From NCBI GenBank assembly GCA_002269645.1, contig NIVC01000629.1:1-64000 (forward strand): a DNA stretch of 64,000 nt. The letters are read 5' to 3'. Under the pieces are notes generated by a model that saw only the letters and a program-made list of their open reading frames with translations, ran no database searches and was not told the origin of the DNA. Every line of letters starts with the position of its first letter. Within the stretch, counting starts at the first letter, position 1. This stretch comes from Macrostomum lignano. Its lineage: Eukaryota. Position numbers and translations under genes: made by a program. Shown here one piece after another: positions 36,001-48,144 of this stretch.

Positions 36001-36269
36001 AAGCTGGCGGGCCACGTCATTCGCGCCGAGTCCTACTGCCCGGAGCCGCTGCAGGAGGTCTTGCTGTACACGCAGCAGGGCCCGTTCCGGCGGGGGCAGG
36101 CGCGGACCCGGAGGTTCGTCGACTGTCTGACAGAAGACGCCAGGGCGCCTGATCAGATCAATGGCGCTACCTTCATCAGAGACTGCGCAGCTAAGCGTGC
36201 TTTTTGACAATGTCCCCCCTTTCCTGACCACTTGTGGCCGGTGGCCATTGTATTTATTGTATTGTATTG
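32910..36269 (+). mobile_element. RTE-like non-LTR retrotransposon inserted in pPolB
   Basis: 9-bp TSD TATTTACTT (32901-09 and 36270-78), short 3' UTR with an (ATTGT)n tail. pPolB reads EYEVN/ILPK across the empty site. Confidence 0.92.
33037..36207 (+). CDS. APE endonuclease plus reverse transcriptase (1056 aa, open)
   Basis: TFNCRTL, LQEH, GDLNA, LDHVL and SDH (APE); QNGFR, FIDFLKAFD, QGDTLAP and YADD (RT). Confidence 0.95.
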   Translation: MLTPPGDAAAAPASDCALLGRLGEPRPPAAAAKVSTKVRRGKRSVRRRIERRRERNRRGRLRGSNMRRQPTPSTEDLDLPGGAGDHEAQCQRAPAVPNCTLRLATFNCRTLKATWRRGLVAQLAQDLRLDILMLQEHSIVSGPNLQVEDLGGGWTLFYTSADKKGRGGVGALVNPRLRQSVRCLPLSPRLMRVDIRLRNRNARLFCAYAPTAAHPEEAGRFYDLLSAQLETIAQRDTLVVLGDLNAVMRRSASAPYVTSRENPNTDALVSLTEQHDLVSANTTFRKPASRLATFTGCKRRRRNATGRNATCRLAQLDHVLLRTRERRRALNCDTVRPLAVGSDHKLLFCDLRLRDPLYRPPKKRPRRFFRALRNPATRNRFSRAFSTALGDTHNAQYGDICDAIHTAAESTLPLVRPPQRSQPVWMSDPAIREAQDRVQRLRRSRHTTDEAEKALAIVYKEQQLAAVSEAIRAVTSAAPDRKSGTVWTAINTLTGRKQRTALNLVGDTPDERKNSLRDFFASIVNAPPPALPDVLALPPDTPLPPPHHFCTGHVTAIDVCQLAKKIPGGKATGPDEVPNEVLRLPKVAQEIARVINNVLDTGVAPLEWTRAHIVGIPKKPGTNKIEEHRGISLMSCAAKLHNKLLLSRLQPVLDPYLRYEQNGFRPRRGTVTQILALRRIIEESRIRQSDLFCLFIDFLKAFDSVARGVIPLVLRAYNVPEKLIAAVMALYHDTHAAVITPDGLSDFFTTSSGVLQGDTLAPFLFILILDWVLRTGLPDNSDGYILCRRTSSRHPEKRLAVLGYADDLALLASTAAGAQRLLDGLAAAAAKVGLKINAKKTEVLTVPADLPAVIRLPSMDSATAAPLPRCEQFRYLGGLVPSVQEDLRRRRGLAWAAFRSVRIVLQSDALPDQLRTRLFQAVVETVLFYNAETWTMTDVLERQLDAAHSSLLRAAFSVHRHAEHVTNQALYQRAKLSPPSVTLRQRRLKLAGHVIRAESYCPEPLQEVLLYTQQGPFRRGQARTRRFVDCLTEDARAPDQINGATFIRDCAAKRAF

Positions 36270-37990
36270 TATTTACTTCATATTCATCTCTACCTAAATG
36301 AAGCAATTCTCGAACTAAGAAATGAAAATCATAGCCGGAACCATTATGAAAAAATACTGGTATTTCCTTACATCCTTTTCCTTCTTTTGCGTTACATGAT
36401 CTACATGCTGCCCCCGCGATAAATTCCTGTTAGATGGCAATGCTCTCGTATCTTATTATTCTTACTTAAATATCTTTTGCACATAAAACAATTTGTTGCA
36501 TTTTTATAATTATCTCTATCCTTATCCGTCATAATAATATCTTTTGATAACTTATCATATTGATTTTGAATATATTCAAATACATTTACTAATTCTTCTG
36601 CCATGTGTTTTGCGGCATCCTTGCCATGATAAGTAATCATCTTTGATTTAAATATATGATCAGCTACAGAGTGTACATATATGCAATAACTATTTGGAAA
36701 CTGCTGTGCTAATTTTTTTGTGCAGTCGGTGCTATCCTGTTGTACAAGTGGAACATTTGTTGCTTCAAAATCAGCATAAATTACTATTGGTTTTTTAATT
36801 GCCATATAATGTTGTTGGAACATTAGGGTTTGTTCTTTTTCATTGGGCATTACAACATTAGCAAATTTGTGATCTAAACAAAACCTTTGGTGGTTTCTAA
36901 GAGCTGTTTCATCCTTTTTAAATGTGAAACAATTTCTACATAATGGCATTCTATTTCCATTTTCTCTTAAAAAAGAACTAATGTCCTTTATGTAAATATA
37001 ATGTGTTTCATTTTCACGCTGTATGTACAAAAGGTCGATTTGATCCGGTGCTGTTATATCTGTTGCTGGCTTAACAAGATAACATCTTTTCTTATACCAA
37101 TCTTTATTATCAATTAGAATTTCTTCTGGCTCTTCAATTGTAAACACATTAATATTTAACCCATTCATTTTTTCAATCTTATATATATCATCAATGGCTA
37201 CTGGGTATGATATGTTTTTCATTATTATTTCATCCTCATATTTTCTATAATTATATATTTCATTAATGTGGGATTTTACTTGTTTGTGGTATTTGTGAAT
37301 TAGTAAACACCATAATAAACACTTATCATCTTTATTATTAGGATTTATGATCATTGGTGATTTAAAGTAAAGCTTCATATGCGCTCGTCCTCGAAGAATT
37401 TCAATTGGAACAATCTTTACTGTGGCTGAGTTACAAGATACAAATATAAACCCAGATCCGTTTTCTGTCATCTTATCTATCCATTCATCAAACTCTGCTT
37501 CAATTTGATCAAATTGACTATTAAATACTTTCATAGCTAAAAGAGACTTATAGGATTCTTGTGAGAATTTGTTTATTACTTCAATTTCTGTATTTGCATT
37601 TATCATATTTGGTTTTTTAAATTCTGTTTCAATTTCTATTTTATACTTAATTGGCTGTCGTTTGTTATTAGATTTCATTGTATATTTATCTAATATAGTC
37701 TTTAATTTATTTTTCATTTGTTTAAAATATTCTTTATAATCAGTATTTATATAAATATCTATATTAATTACTTCAACACCATCTGTTTTTGGTGTTGATT
37801 GTTCAATAATATCTAATTGTCTTTGTAACCGAATTTCATTTTCTGCTCTAACTCTTGCTTCTATTTCTGCCCTATCGGCCATTCGTTGTGCTTCTATTTG
37901 AGCCATTAATTGCGCTCTTAGTTCTGGATTGTCGATTTGGGCTAAAATAGCTTCCATTTTATAGAAAAAAATTTATACAATTTTTGCTCC

Positions 37991-38950
37991 CTACTCGAGA
38001 TCTGCTTTCGGGAACAGTAATCCGCTGCCCATAACGTTTGCATTTAAGAAGATTCCTGAACCTGCTTTTGGCCTCATTTTGAGATATAATCCGCTTCCGT
38101 CGTGTTTTTCGATTATGTTAAAATCTTTTCTTAACTTATTAAAAATCTTCTGAACCGCAGGTCTAAAATTGGCTCCAATATTATCAAAAAATCCTTTAGC
38201 TTTCTCGCCCGTTTTTTCTAAAGTTTGACCAAACTCGTGTAGTTTATCTGCGACAACTCCGCTTCCTTGGGTCGTTCCTTTTAAAATTAAACCTTTTCCA
38301 GCTGCTAATTTAGCTTCTGCATTTCTTTTTTGTTCTGCTGTTGCTGAGCTACTATTAATTGTATCTATAAGTTTTTGTTTGAATTGTGCGTCCTGTGTTA
38401 TTTGCTGCCTTTGAAATTCGGCCTCTCTTTTGGCTTTTTCATCCGCAGCTTTTTTGTCATTTACTGCTTTTGCAATTCCAGCTGCTCCACCAGCAACTCC
38501 TCCAGCTGCTCCAATTCCTGCAAAAATTATTGGGAGCAAAGTTGCAAGTGGCAAGATTCCCCCCTGTTTCGCTTTTAGCTCTCCTAGCTGTTTTATATTA
38601 TCGTGAATTCTTTTTCCTGCTAAACCGGCTGCTCCAGCTGCCCCAAGTCCTAAAAGAATTGGTAGAATGGGTAGTAAGCCACCGTCCTTTTTAGTGTGAG
38701 TCTCCAATAAAAATTTCACATCGGAGTCTGTTAGCCTATAGTTTCTACCGCGATTCTTAAAGGATATTGGTCTTCCTTCTTGTGCATATTTCGCAGCAAG
38801 TTTAAATGTATTGATGTCGTAGTCAAATTTTTTGCCTAAGCGATCCAATCTTTTTAACATTGTGTGGGTTTGCTTGTTATCGTCTAGATTTAAAGTATCT
38901 ACAATTTCTCCTATAAAATATAGCCGTTTTTCGTCATTACCTGAGTCCAT
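37991..38950 (-). CDS. Adenovirus protein-X-like core/membrane-active precursor
   Basis: Two GG-LLP/GG-ILP...Gly/Ala-rich hydrophobic motifs resembling adenovirus pX (GGILPLLIPLIAAAIGA), plus repeated GxG-hydrophobic putative protease sites. Confidence 0.6.
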   Translation of the reverse strand: MDSGNDEKRLYFIGEIVDTLNLDDNKQTHTMLKRLDRLGKKFDYDINTFKLAAKYAQEGRPISFKNRGRNYRLTDSDVKFLLETHTKKDGGLLPILPILLGLGAAGAAGLAGKRIHDNIKQLGELKAKQGGILPLATLLPIIFAGIGAAGGVAGGAAGIAKAVNDKKAADEKAKREAEFQRQQITQDAQFKQKLIDTINSSSATAEQKRNAEAKLAAGKGLILKGTTQGSGVVADKLHEFGQTLEKTGEKAKGFFDNIGANFRPAVQKIFNKLRKDFNIIEKHDGSGLYLKMRPKAGSGIFLNANVMGSGLLFPKADLE

Positions 38951-38960
38951 TTTTATATTG

Positions 38961-39371
38961 TTAAAATTTCTTTAATCCTTTTCCGCCTTTAATTGTGGTT
39001 AACATTTTATTAAAATCCTGAATATCTTTATTACTTATTGGTGTGCTTTTCGTGGGGGTTTCTGTTGGTTGTGCGGCTTGAGTTGCTTCCTGCGCTAGTT
39101 TCAAATCTTTTAGTGCTTTTATTTGTGAGAGGGTGTCGTTAAATTCTCTCAATTTCTTTAGTTCTTCTACTGCCCTCGCTGCTTCAATTCCACCCTTTAC
39201 AGCGTTTGTTATAGAACCTGCTGCAGAGCCTGCTTGGCCTATAAGACCCATATTATCTTTAACGAAGTTTGCTGCTGTTCCAAACACATCAAAAAGACCC
39301 TCACCTCGGTATTCAACTGGGTCTCCTACCTGCAATTCATTCAGATTTTGTATATGAGTAACGTGTGTCAT
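38961..39371 (-). CDS. Small Ala-rich putative virion core protein
   Basis: Strongly conserved with A 15743-17076 and carries GxG motifs. Confidence 0.7.
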   Translation of the reverse strand: MTHVTHIQNLNELQVGDPVEYRGEGLFDVFGTAANFVKDNMGLIGQAGSAAGSITNAVKGGIEAARAVEELKKLREFNDTLSQIKALKDLKLAQEATQAAQPTETPTKSTPISNKDIQDFNKMLTTIKGGKGLKKF

Positions 39372-39998
39372 TTTTGTCTATTTTTAGTAATAGAAAAATT
39401 AAGTTGCAGACGCTAAAGAAAGGGTAGTGTGCAAGCATCTCGAGCGGTTTTATTTTATAGCTCTTTTTTACTCTTTTTTTGTATAGAAAATATAGAAGGC
39501 GCAAACACAAAATATTCTCTATCCAAAAATGGCCTACCCCGCTGGAGCACAATAGCCGCTTTTTATTCTCTGTCCTCGGTGCATTGTGTGTAAAACAGCA
39601 CATGAATTTTTATATTCGTTAGCATGTATCATGTGAAATTCATGTAAACTCGGTTCATTTTTAGTAACAGAAAAAGACCCTTCGCGCCTGCGGCGCGGCC
39701 TGGGGTTATAAGTAGTAGTATGTAAAAGTACGCTTCTAGATCAGTCACTATTCAAAAAGATGATTTGAAGGGCTAATAATGGGGGACGCGAGGGAATTGT
39801 TTGGAAGTGTTAGTAGTATTGGGTGGTGTTAGTAGTATTGTGTAGTGTTGGGGGTGTTGGGGGTGTTGGGGGTGTTGGATGGGGATAAAGGGTGTTTAAG
39901 AGTGTTTTTTGGTTCCCCCCTCGTGTCCCCCCTCTAGCCCTTCAAATCGTCTGTTTGAAAAGGGCTCTGGGGCTAGAAGCGTACTTTTACATACTACT

Positions 39999-42584
39999 CG
40001 TGTCTGCGACGTACAGCTCCTTTACTGGTGTGTACTTCACACGAATGTCGTAGGGCTGCAGCTGCAGCAGCAAGCGCTGAATGCGCGGCGTGGTGTCACA
40101 GAGCTGCTTCTTTAAGATGGACTCCAGTGGCTTATGGTCACTCTGGACATTGACAGTGCGGCCCCAGAGGTAGCGGTGAAATTTCTTGCAGCCGTACACA
40201 ATAGCCAGGAGCTCCTTCTCAATCTGCGCGTATGCCTGCTGAGCTTTAGTCATGGCTGATGAAGCGAACTCAACCGGACGGTCCTCTTGGAGTAGCACAG
40301 CACCGATGCCGCTCTTGCAGGCATCCACAGACACGGTGACTGGCTTGCTGACGTCAAATGTGGCCAAAACCCTGTTAGAACACAGCTCCGTGATGATCGA
40401 GTCGTACGCCTCGTCGTGCTGATGCGTCCAGCTCCAAATGACGTCTTTCTTGAGCAGGTGTCTAAGCGGCTCTGCAGTAGCGGAAAGATGAGGACAAAAC
40501 TTGACCAGGTACGTCACACAGCCGAGAAATCGCCTTAGCTGCTCCTTCTTCGAAGTGAGACCTTCAACATCATTCGGCCGGATCATTTCTTTGATGGCTT
40601 TGACCTTCATTGGATCTGCTCGCAACCCTTCCGAGCTGAGCACATCGCCTAGGTAGTTGAGCTCTTGGACACCGACTCGCATCTTCTGTGGGTTCAGTGT
40701 CACCTTGGCACGCTTGCACTGCTCCAGGAGCTCTCGCACAGCTTGGTCGTGCTCCTCGACTGTTCTTCCCCACACGATGATGTCGTCAAAGAAGTTCTTA
40801 GAGTTTCTCACGTTGTTTGTGACGTTTTCTTCCATTCTCTTCTGGAAGACCTCGGGAATGGACGAGAGACCGTATGGAACTCGTTTCCAGCGATATCGGC
40901 CGAACGGGGTGTGGAACGTGGTCAGGAAGGAGCTTTCATCATCGAGTTTTAGTTGGTGAAAGCTCTCGTTCGCATCGAATGAGCTGTACAGGATGGCTCC
41001 AGCAGTCGCAGCTCGAACTTCCTCGGCGGTGGGGATCGGGTGGTACTCTCTGATGATGAACCTGTTCAGGTAGGTCGGATCTAGACACAGTCGCATCGAG
41101 CCGTCCTTCTTCCACACGATGGCCACATTGGAGACCCACTGCGTCGGTTCGTCGACTCGCGCTATCGTTCCTTCCTTCTCGAGTCTCTCCAGCTCGCACT
41201 TCAGAGGTTGATACGCAGCAAATGGCACCTTGCGAGGAGGCTGCACCTTAGGCACTGCGTTGTCCGACAGTTGAATGGTGTATGGCTGCTTCATGCAACC
41301 AACGCCGTTGAATACTTCTGGGAAGCTGGCCTTTAACTGGCTGGAGTTCAGTTCCGATAACTGCTGCTTGCTCACCTTGCTGATGCTGCTTGGACTCTGC
41401 TGCAGCTCCTCAATCGCTGACTTCCAGCCGATGATGGGCGTGGAGTTCTCTCCGACAACAACAAACTGCAGTCGGGCATTCTTCCGGCAGGGCGAAGACA
41501 CAGTCAAGTACGTGATGCCGACCACGTCCAGCATCTGCTTGTTGTACGTTGTCAGAGTCCAGGATGTCGGCTCAATCGATGCTGCAGGGGCGAGCTGGAT
41601 CAGCCGGTTCAGAGGGATCACGTTGACGTCCGCACCGGTGTCCACCTTGAACTGAAGCTTTCTTCCAGAGTCCGTGACAGTCAGGCACACCATCATCGCC
41701 GAGCTGTCGGTTTGCGCCTTGGTTCGAGCACCTGGCTGCTCCACGGTCATGATTGCTGCAGCCGGGCCATCACCCGCGGACTCGGTCTCGGTGTTCTCCA
41801 CCAGCTCGTTGACCTTCTTAGCTGAGCGGCACACGGACGAGAAATGGTTTGCGCGACCACAGTTATTGCAGGTCTTACCGAATGCCGGGCACTTGCGCCG
41901 CTCATGCTGCCGTCCGCAGAAGCCGCAACTGCGAGCCGACTTGGCATTGCTGGCGGGCTGCGACCGGCTGGTTCGGCCTTGAACTGCCTCGACGGACGCT
42001 GGCGCGGGTGCAGGCGTTGCTCGGCTGATCTGCGCTGTGGCCAGGGTCCGAGCCTGCCGCTTCGAAGTCTCCGACGCTCGACCCATCTGGATGGCGCGGT
42101 CCAGCGTCAGCTTTGTCTCGCGGAGAAGCCTCTCCCTCAGAGCTGGGTCGTTCGCACCGATGACGATCTGATCTCGAATGACGCTGTTCTCGATGGTCTC
42201 CTTGTTCGCTGGCTCGCTGTAGTTGCATCGCTTGATGAGCTGGCGAAGTGAGCCAACGAATTGGTCGAAGTCCTCAGCTTCTCCTTGCACTCTTGTTCGA
42301 AGCTGGTAGCGCTCAAAGGTCTCATTCGACAGAGGCTCGCAGTACTCTTGGAACGCACTCTTTACAGCTGCGTACGTTGCTACTTGGTCTGCAGAAAACG
42401 TGGAGAATACGTCCTGTCCATCGGATCCCAGCGCGGTCAGGAGAACAGCGATCTTCACTTCTTCACTTTCTTCAGTCCTCTTCGTAGCTTTCATGTAGAA
42501 ATCAAATGCACTGATCCATCGCCTCCAGTTGTCTGCCCTATTGGTGTCAAAAATCATGGGCTCTGGCGGCCTCAATCCATCCAT
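39999..42584 (-). CDS. Gypsy gag-pol 5' half (Gag, CCHC knuckles, protease, RT, RNase H)
   Basis: CGFCGRQH..C and CNNCGRANHFSSVC, VDTGAD, FFDD, VDAC and ELLAIV motifs. Confidence 0.93.
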
Positions 42585-42827
42585 GCTGGCTTGCTAGAAA
42601 GTTTAGACTTGCGACGCCATGTTATGTTAGAAGTCAAGGCGAGTGTGTGCGAGATACGAAACGCTTAAAGCCAGCGATGGGCAGAGAGCCGATACATATA
42701 TTATTGTTTAGTCAAGTGCAGTGAGCAATGTACATTGTACGCGTCAATGGGGGACTGGGGGCAGGTGCACTGAGAGAGAAAGAGAAAGACTGCACGTCGG
42801 CTAGCCAGCATCGATCATTACACAACA

Positions 42828-43233
42828 GTATATGAATCTGATATATTCCGTTTTAAATTTAATGAATTATCTATTTCAGTTCTAGAATAAGAATCCGTTA
42901 TATCTCTTTTTTCATTATCTGCAGAATCAACTCAGCTTGACTATAAGAATCAAGTATATTTCTTTTTAAGTTTAATGAATTATCTATTTCAGTTTTGGTA
43001 TAAGAATCTGCTGTATTCCGTTTTAAGTTTAATGAATTACCTATTTCTGTTTTGGTATACGAATCTGCTATATTTCGTTTTAAATTTAATTTAGTATCTA
43101 TTTCACTTTTTTTATAACCTTCATCGTCATTTATATACCTATTGTTTTCAAATGTAACACTAATCCCACTTGATTCCCCACCACCACCGCTGCTTGTTGT
43201 TCCATTCCATGAAGGTGCTCCAGAAAATAACAT
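42828..43233 (-). pseudogene. N-terminus of the Polinton A fiber
   Basis: MLFSGAPSWNGTTSSGGGG and YTKTEI repeats, matching the B fiber start. Confidence 0.85.
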
Positions 43234-43264
43234 TTTTAGAGCCTATTTTATAGTCTAAAATATT

Positions 43265-43676
43265 TTTAAAATGACTCTGGTTGGTTAGAATTATTAATTC
43301 GATACAAAAAATACAATGCCGCCTGTCCGCAATAACTTTTTATCAAAGGTTTGAAACTGTTCGTGGTAATCTCCACATAATCGATTTTTTGTATGATTAA
43401 ATTTGTCTTTTATTTCCTGCAATGGAGGTAATGCATAAGAATAAAAAAGTAAACAACTTTTGGTTTTGAATAAACCGCTGACCAATGAACACCATTTTCT
43501 TTTGTCGTTTCAATATTTACAATGAATGATCCATACTTTGGTAAATCTTTCATTTCATCGCGCATAACACATCTGAATGGTTTTATTTTTAATTGCCGCG
43601 CCTAATTTGTTAACTCGATATTATTAGTTGTGTCAACTCCATATCTTTGTTTAAAAGCATCCCAACTCAAAGTCAT
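43265..43676 (-). pseudogene. Protease of A (frameshifted)
   Basis: Homologous to B 28314-28790. Confidence 0.85.
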
Positions 43677-43859
43677 TTTAAGTTATTGAAAAACTTTTTG
43701 TTTTTGTTAGTTTATTCGTTGATTGTTTTAACAACTCCTTTCTCGTTTTTTCTGCTTGAAGTTGTTTTAATTTTTTAAATTCAGTTTCATATATTTTTTT
43801 GCTTTTTGAACATTATCCGATTGTTTTTTATCTTAGCTTCGATGTTATTACCCATTTTA

Positions 43860-44572
43860 ACCTGACTAAACCGGATTAAACTTGTTTTATTCGTAAAATT
43901 ACTGTTATTGATTGTCCACCGAAACTTATCAACCTTGTTGGTTTCGTCTACAATTCTAATATAAATCGATTGAATATTATATTGATTTAAATGGGTTTGG
44001 GGTGCAACAATCATTTTCTCTCCAATTAGAACAGCCAGAAATGGAATTGAATATATTATTCCACGCTGAACCAAAAATCCATTGTCATCTGTTATATAAC
44101 CACCGTTTGAGATATCAGTTGTAATATTTATTGTATTAACTCAACCCTCAATGTTTCCTACGGTATCGCCCGTGCTTTATGGGGTAACAATTCGGGAATT
44201 AAATCCTAATATGGTTCGAAGTGAATTTGCAATTGTAAAATCAACTTGGTATCCAGATCCTAGTGATAGAGTGAATCTGCCGGATGGTAAATAAACTCCT
44301 ATAACAATTGCGCCTGCTACCGAATCACCATTAGCTATTAATTCTCCTTCTATATACGCATTCAAATCGGTATAACTATATGCCCCCGGATTAACACTAA
44401 ATGTCGTCCAATTTGCTCCAGAATCTTTAGAATATCTAAATTGATTATTTCTCTCAATAATTAACTGTGGCATATTAAAAACCGAAAATAAAATTAATCC
44501 AACTTGATAACTCAGAGTTTGATCGAGTTGTAACGGATCACGCAATTGAATCTGTTGTTCGCTTGTTGTCAT
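43860..44572 (-). pseudogene. Penton of A (frameshifted)
   Basis: Homologous to B 27426-28133. Confidence 0.85.
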
Positions 44573-44679
44573 TATAAACTGTAAGGTTGTGCTAAATTTC
44601 TAACTTGTTCTATCAACCAATTGTTTTATGGTGTCTAAGTTGTTTGATGCCATTTTTATATTGTTAAAATTCCGCGTCC

Positions 44680-45429
44680 TCATCCTCATTCTCATGTAAT
44701 ATATCTGTTAAAATTCTATTGTTGCGTTCCAATCTTGAATTAATATATATGTGTTTGTATTGACTATCATCCCAAATTTTTTACACATACTTTTAAATTG
44801 TTTTGTTCCCTTCCGGGATTAAATCTCCTATGTATATTCTGCAAACCATAATCATCTAAATAAAAAATTACACAACAACTTGCATTCTTTTTTATAATTG
44901 AATCTAATTCCCTAAATGATTGAGTAAGATAAAATGCCCCAATTCCATCTCCTCTACCGCTAATAAAAATTTCTTTTTGCAATTCTTGATCGCCATCATT
45001 AATAAAATCATCAAATAGTATTAGGGTTTTTATCATGTTTTGGAATTCGATCATAAATTATTATTTTTGTTTTTTGAATTGTTGGTGATTTTTCGCAGAT
45101 GTTATTTGGATCTAGTGCCATTCTTCTAACCAAATCCTCTATGTCATCAAGTGAGAATTTTGGATTATCATCATTCTCGTATTGCTCATGTGCTCTTAAC
45201 ATTCCAAATAAAGTATCTTTTTTATTTTTTGTTTTAATCCATGTTTAAAAAATTCATAATATTTAATTTGTGGTTTATTTGTGTACACTATTAAATTATT
45301 ATAATCTAACATTCCTTCGGTTGTTAATAGGTCATAAACAAAATGTGTTTTGCCTTTACCCGATCCTCCAATTACTAGACAAAGAAAAGGATCGTTTGGA
45401 AATATTGGATTGTGTTTTGCTTTTACCAT
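44680..45429 (-). pseudogene. Packaging ATPase of A (frameshifted)
   Basis: GGSGKGKT and LILFDD motifs. Confidence 0.85.
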
Positions 45430-45478
45430 TTTTTAAGGAAACATTTACAATGGTGCGATGGTCGGAGACCTGCACCGC

Positions 45479-46957
45479 CTACAGCGGGGCGTCCTGAATA
45501 ACAGTTCCATCGGCTCGTGCAATTGATAGATATTCCTCGAGAAATAATACGTGTGCATCAACCACCTGATTTCCTGTTTTATTAATCTCTAACATATAAT
45601 TCAAACCAGTGTTGGAGCGATTCTCTTTTTGTGCGGTTAGATCAAACACAACAACTGGGTGAATGTTTAGGAACTAGGTGGGAGTATATTGGGGAGTAGC
45701 GTATGCCTCATTTTTAACATAATCCTGATAATATTTGATTAAATCATTAACGTCGTTGTTAAGAATGTTTAGATTAAGGGGGTCTTTAACCGGATAATAT
45801 TGGTCATCAACTTGGAGCCGAATGTTGTTCATATTAAAAGCTGTAATTGCTGCGGCTCCAGTATCAGTTGCATCGGCTGCTATGGCGGCAACGTTATCAG
45901 ATTGAATCCAATATAAATCACTGTTGGCTCTTTTTGCATTTGTATTAGTAATTTTAAACCAAACAAATGCATATCTCACACAGCGTTTTGATGTGAGAAT
46001 CTGCCATTGGAATGAATCCTGATTGTTATTAATTGTTCGCATAAAGTGGCGGCGATTCAAATAAAATATTTCCTGATCCTTAATTAGCTGCTCATTGATA
46101 TAAGATAGAAGTGGGGCTGTTACATCAATTGTTGGAACAACTAGCTGGATTAAAGCTATTCGGACGGCTAAATCGGTTGATGCTGCGGCTCCAAAAAGTA
46201 TTCTACCCTGATACCCACCAGATATTTGCAACTGCACACTAAACCTAAGTCCCTTCCAAACGCGATTTGGTGAGAAGAAACCAAATAGTGGGAAAATTGA
46301 AAAGTCCTGCTCATATGCGGTTGCAGTTGTTAAAACAGCTTCTGGGAATTTATTTTGTCTGTCAATGAATCCGGTATTAATATTTTTTATATTACTTATT
46401 TGATTAAGAACTCCTTTAATAGCATCTAAATCAGCACTAATTACAGATACTGTGGCGGCTGCTATGTCTCTATTTGGGGAAAGGTGGCTGTTTGTCCATT
46501 ACCCTTATCCGGCATCCATCCAACATTATCACCAACTTGTTTTGTTAAATAGGTATAATTTAAATGTTTCAAAACTCCATTAATCTCTGCTGGATTTGTA
46601 GATGTCTCAACCTCAGCTCCATTAATTTTTAGTTGGGCTTGAGAAAAACATTTATAAAACCAATCATTCTGGATGACACAATGCCAGCACGATTCGGTAT
46701 ATCTGCTGCGACGAGTGCGGTGCCATCATTTCTAGTATATAACCATCTAACTCTGAAAAACGCATGTCTCATATCCAATATGGTGTTGGTTGCGCCAACA
46801 TCAGAAGTAACAGTTCCATTAGTAAAGTTGTTTGTATTGTCACTTGTTGGATTGGTATAATTTAAATCTGTTGCCCTAACCTCATTAATATATTGGCGTC
46901 ATGGCGTGGTTTTTTGAAGTGGAACCTATCACTCCATCTAGTTTTTGTTTCGGCCAT
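45479..46957 (-). pseudogene. Major capsid protein of A (frameshifted)
   Basis: Homologous to the B MCP. Confidence 0.85.
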
Positions 46958-46973
46958 TTTTATAAGTTAAAAA

Positions 46974-47653
46974 TGAGTCAATTTATGGATATTGGTGGAG
47001 AAATGGCTCTTTATAAAGCTAATAAAAATATTGGATTTTGTTAGAGATTTAAAAAAAAGAAAGTTGGGTTTCGAAATAGCTGGTGAGAATTTGCTGCTCC
47101 TTTTGTTAATCCAATTGTTGGGAAAATTGGTGATCTAACACAAACTTTTGGAACTTTTGAAAAACTTTTGAAAAAGATTGCTGAGAATACAACTCCAAAA
47201 GAGAATGATGGTGTTGATATAGAGGATGAGCCGCCTGTTTATGAGGTGGATCAAGCAATATTGCGAGTTGCAGAGATTAGGAGGCAAGAAGTGGGCGATC
47301 GGGAAGATTTTCCGAGCGGTTCCGCAAAGTATTTCTGTGACAGAATTGCCTAATGATAATTTTCAAATTGGCAGGACTGTAAAAAACAGGAATGAACTAT
47401 ATCGGGATTTAGGTGGGGCATTTAATATTGTTACAAATCCTAGAGTAAAGTTTAATCCTGATTTATATGACAAAGATGAATTAGTAAGCGCAAAAAATTT
47501 TTATGGTGAATTGGGAGAAAGAGCTGTTAAAAACACTAGTTTGTATAAACGTATTGTTAAATCAATAGAGGCGAAAAGATCCGTTGGATTTAAAACTCCG
47601 CGCAAACTTGTTTTGGCTGCTGCTAAAGCTGCTGGACACACTGGTATTAATTA
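46974..47653 (+). pseudogene. Homologue of B 24317-24994 (frameshifted)
   Basis: Shares MSQFMD at the start and FKTPRKLVLAAAKAAGHTG at the end. Confidence 0.8.
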
Positions 47654-47665
47654 AATTTTTTTTAA

Positions 47666-48130
47666 ATGGATGATACGATAAAGTCCTGTCTTTGTAAACC
47701 CATTGATTATAAAACTGGATGTGATAGAATATTGAATAAAATATTTCAAGATGAATTAATAATTGCAAATCGTATTAAAACGATTCAGATGCATCTTGGA
47801 TCTCTTTATGAATTATTAGCTATTAAACATTTTGGTTTTGAAAAAGTAAAGAAAATTGATTTAGTACATAATGATCGTAAAGTTGCGTTAGAGTCGAAAT
47901 CTTCTGATAATACCGATAATTCTTCAAGCCGATTTAGAAATATTCAAAAGTTGTTGGAGTTTAAAAATATTAATCCTGAATTTGATTTGAATTATTTTTG
48001 CATTAATAACACTAAAAACCCAATACAAAAAGAATTTGATAATGCTGTTACCTTTAACTGGGGAATTTGCTTTAAATTTTTTGTATGGTGATAAATATTT
48101 GGAAATTATTAAATTGATAGAAGATTGTTT
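47666..48130 (+). pseudogene. Eco47II-like endonuclease of A (frameshift near the 3' end)
   Basis: IDLVHNDRKVALESKSSDNTDNSSS. Confidence 0.65.
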
Positions 48131-48144
48131 TTTAAGCATAAAAA

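Larger units (their letters stand above)
31466..37957 (-). pseudogene. Protein-primed DNA polymerase B, disrupted
   Basis: YADFE (ExoI), FHNGSGYD (ExoII), LYLKADVLLL (ExoIII), YLDANNLYG (motif A) and KLMNNAFYGK (motif B). Disrupted by a frameshift near 36412, the LINE insertion and a stop at 32504. Motif C (YxDTDS) not found. Confidence 0.92.
20946..39998. mobile_element. Polinton/adintovirus B (inner, about 15.7 kb of native DNA)
   Basis: AGTAGT...ACTACT termini, 6-bp TSD CGTGTC (20940-45 and 39999-40004), TIRs 20946-21292 and 39643-39998, and a near-complete gene set. Confidence 0.97.
18954..42827 (-). mobile_element. Gypsy/Ty3 (Mag-like) LTR retrotransposon, about 4.8 kb after removing Polinton B
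   Basis: 208-bp LTRs (18954-19161, 42620-42827) with 2 mismatches, TG...CA ends, 5-bp TSD GTATA, PBS TGGCGTCGCAAG after the 5' LTR and PPT AGGAGG before the 3' LTR. Confidence 0.95.
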
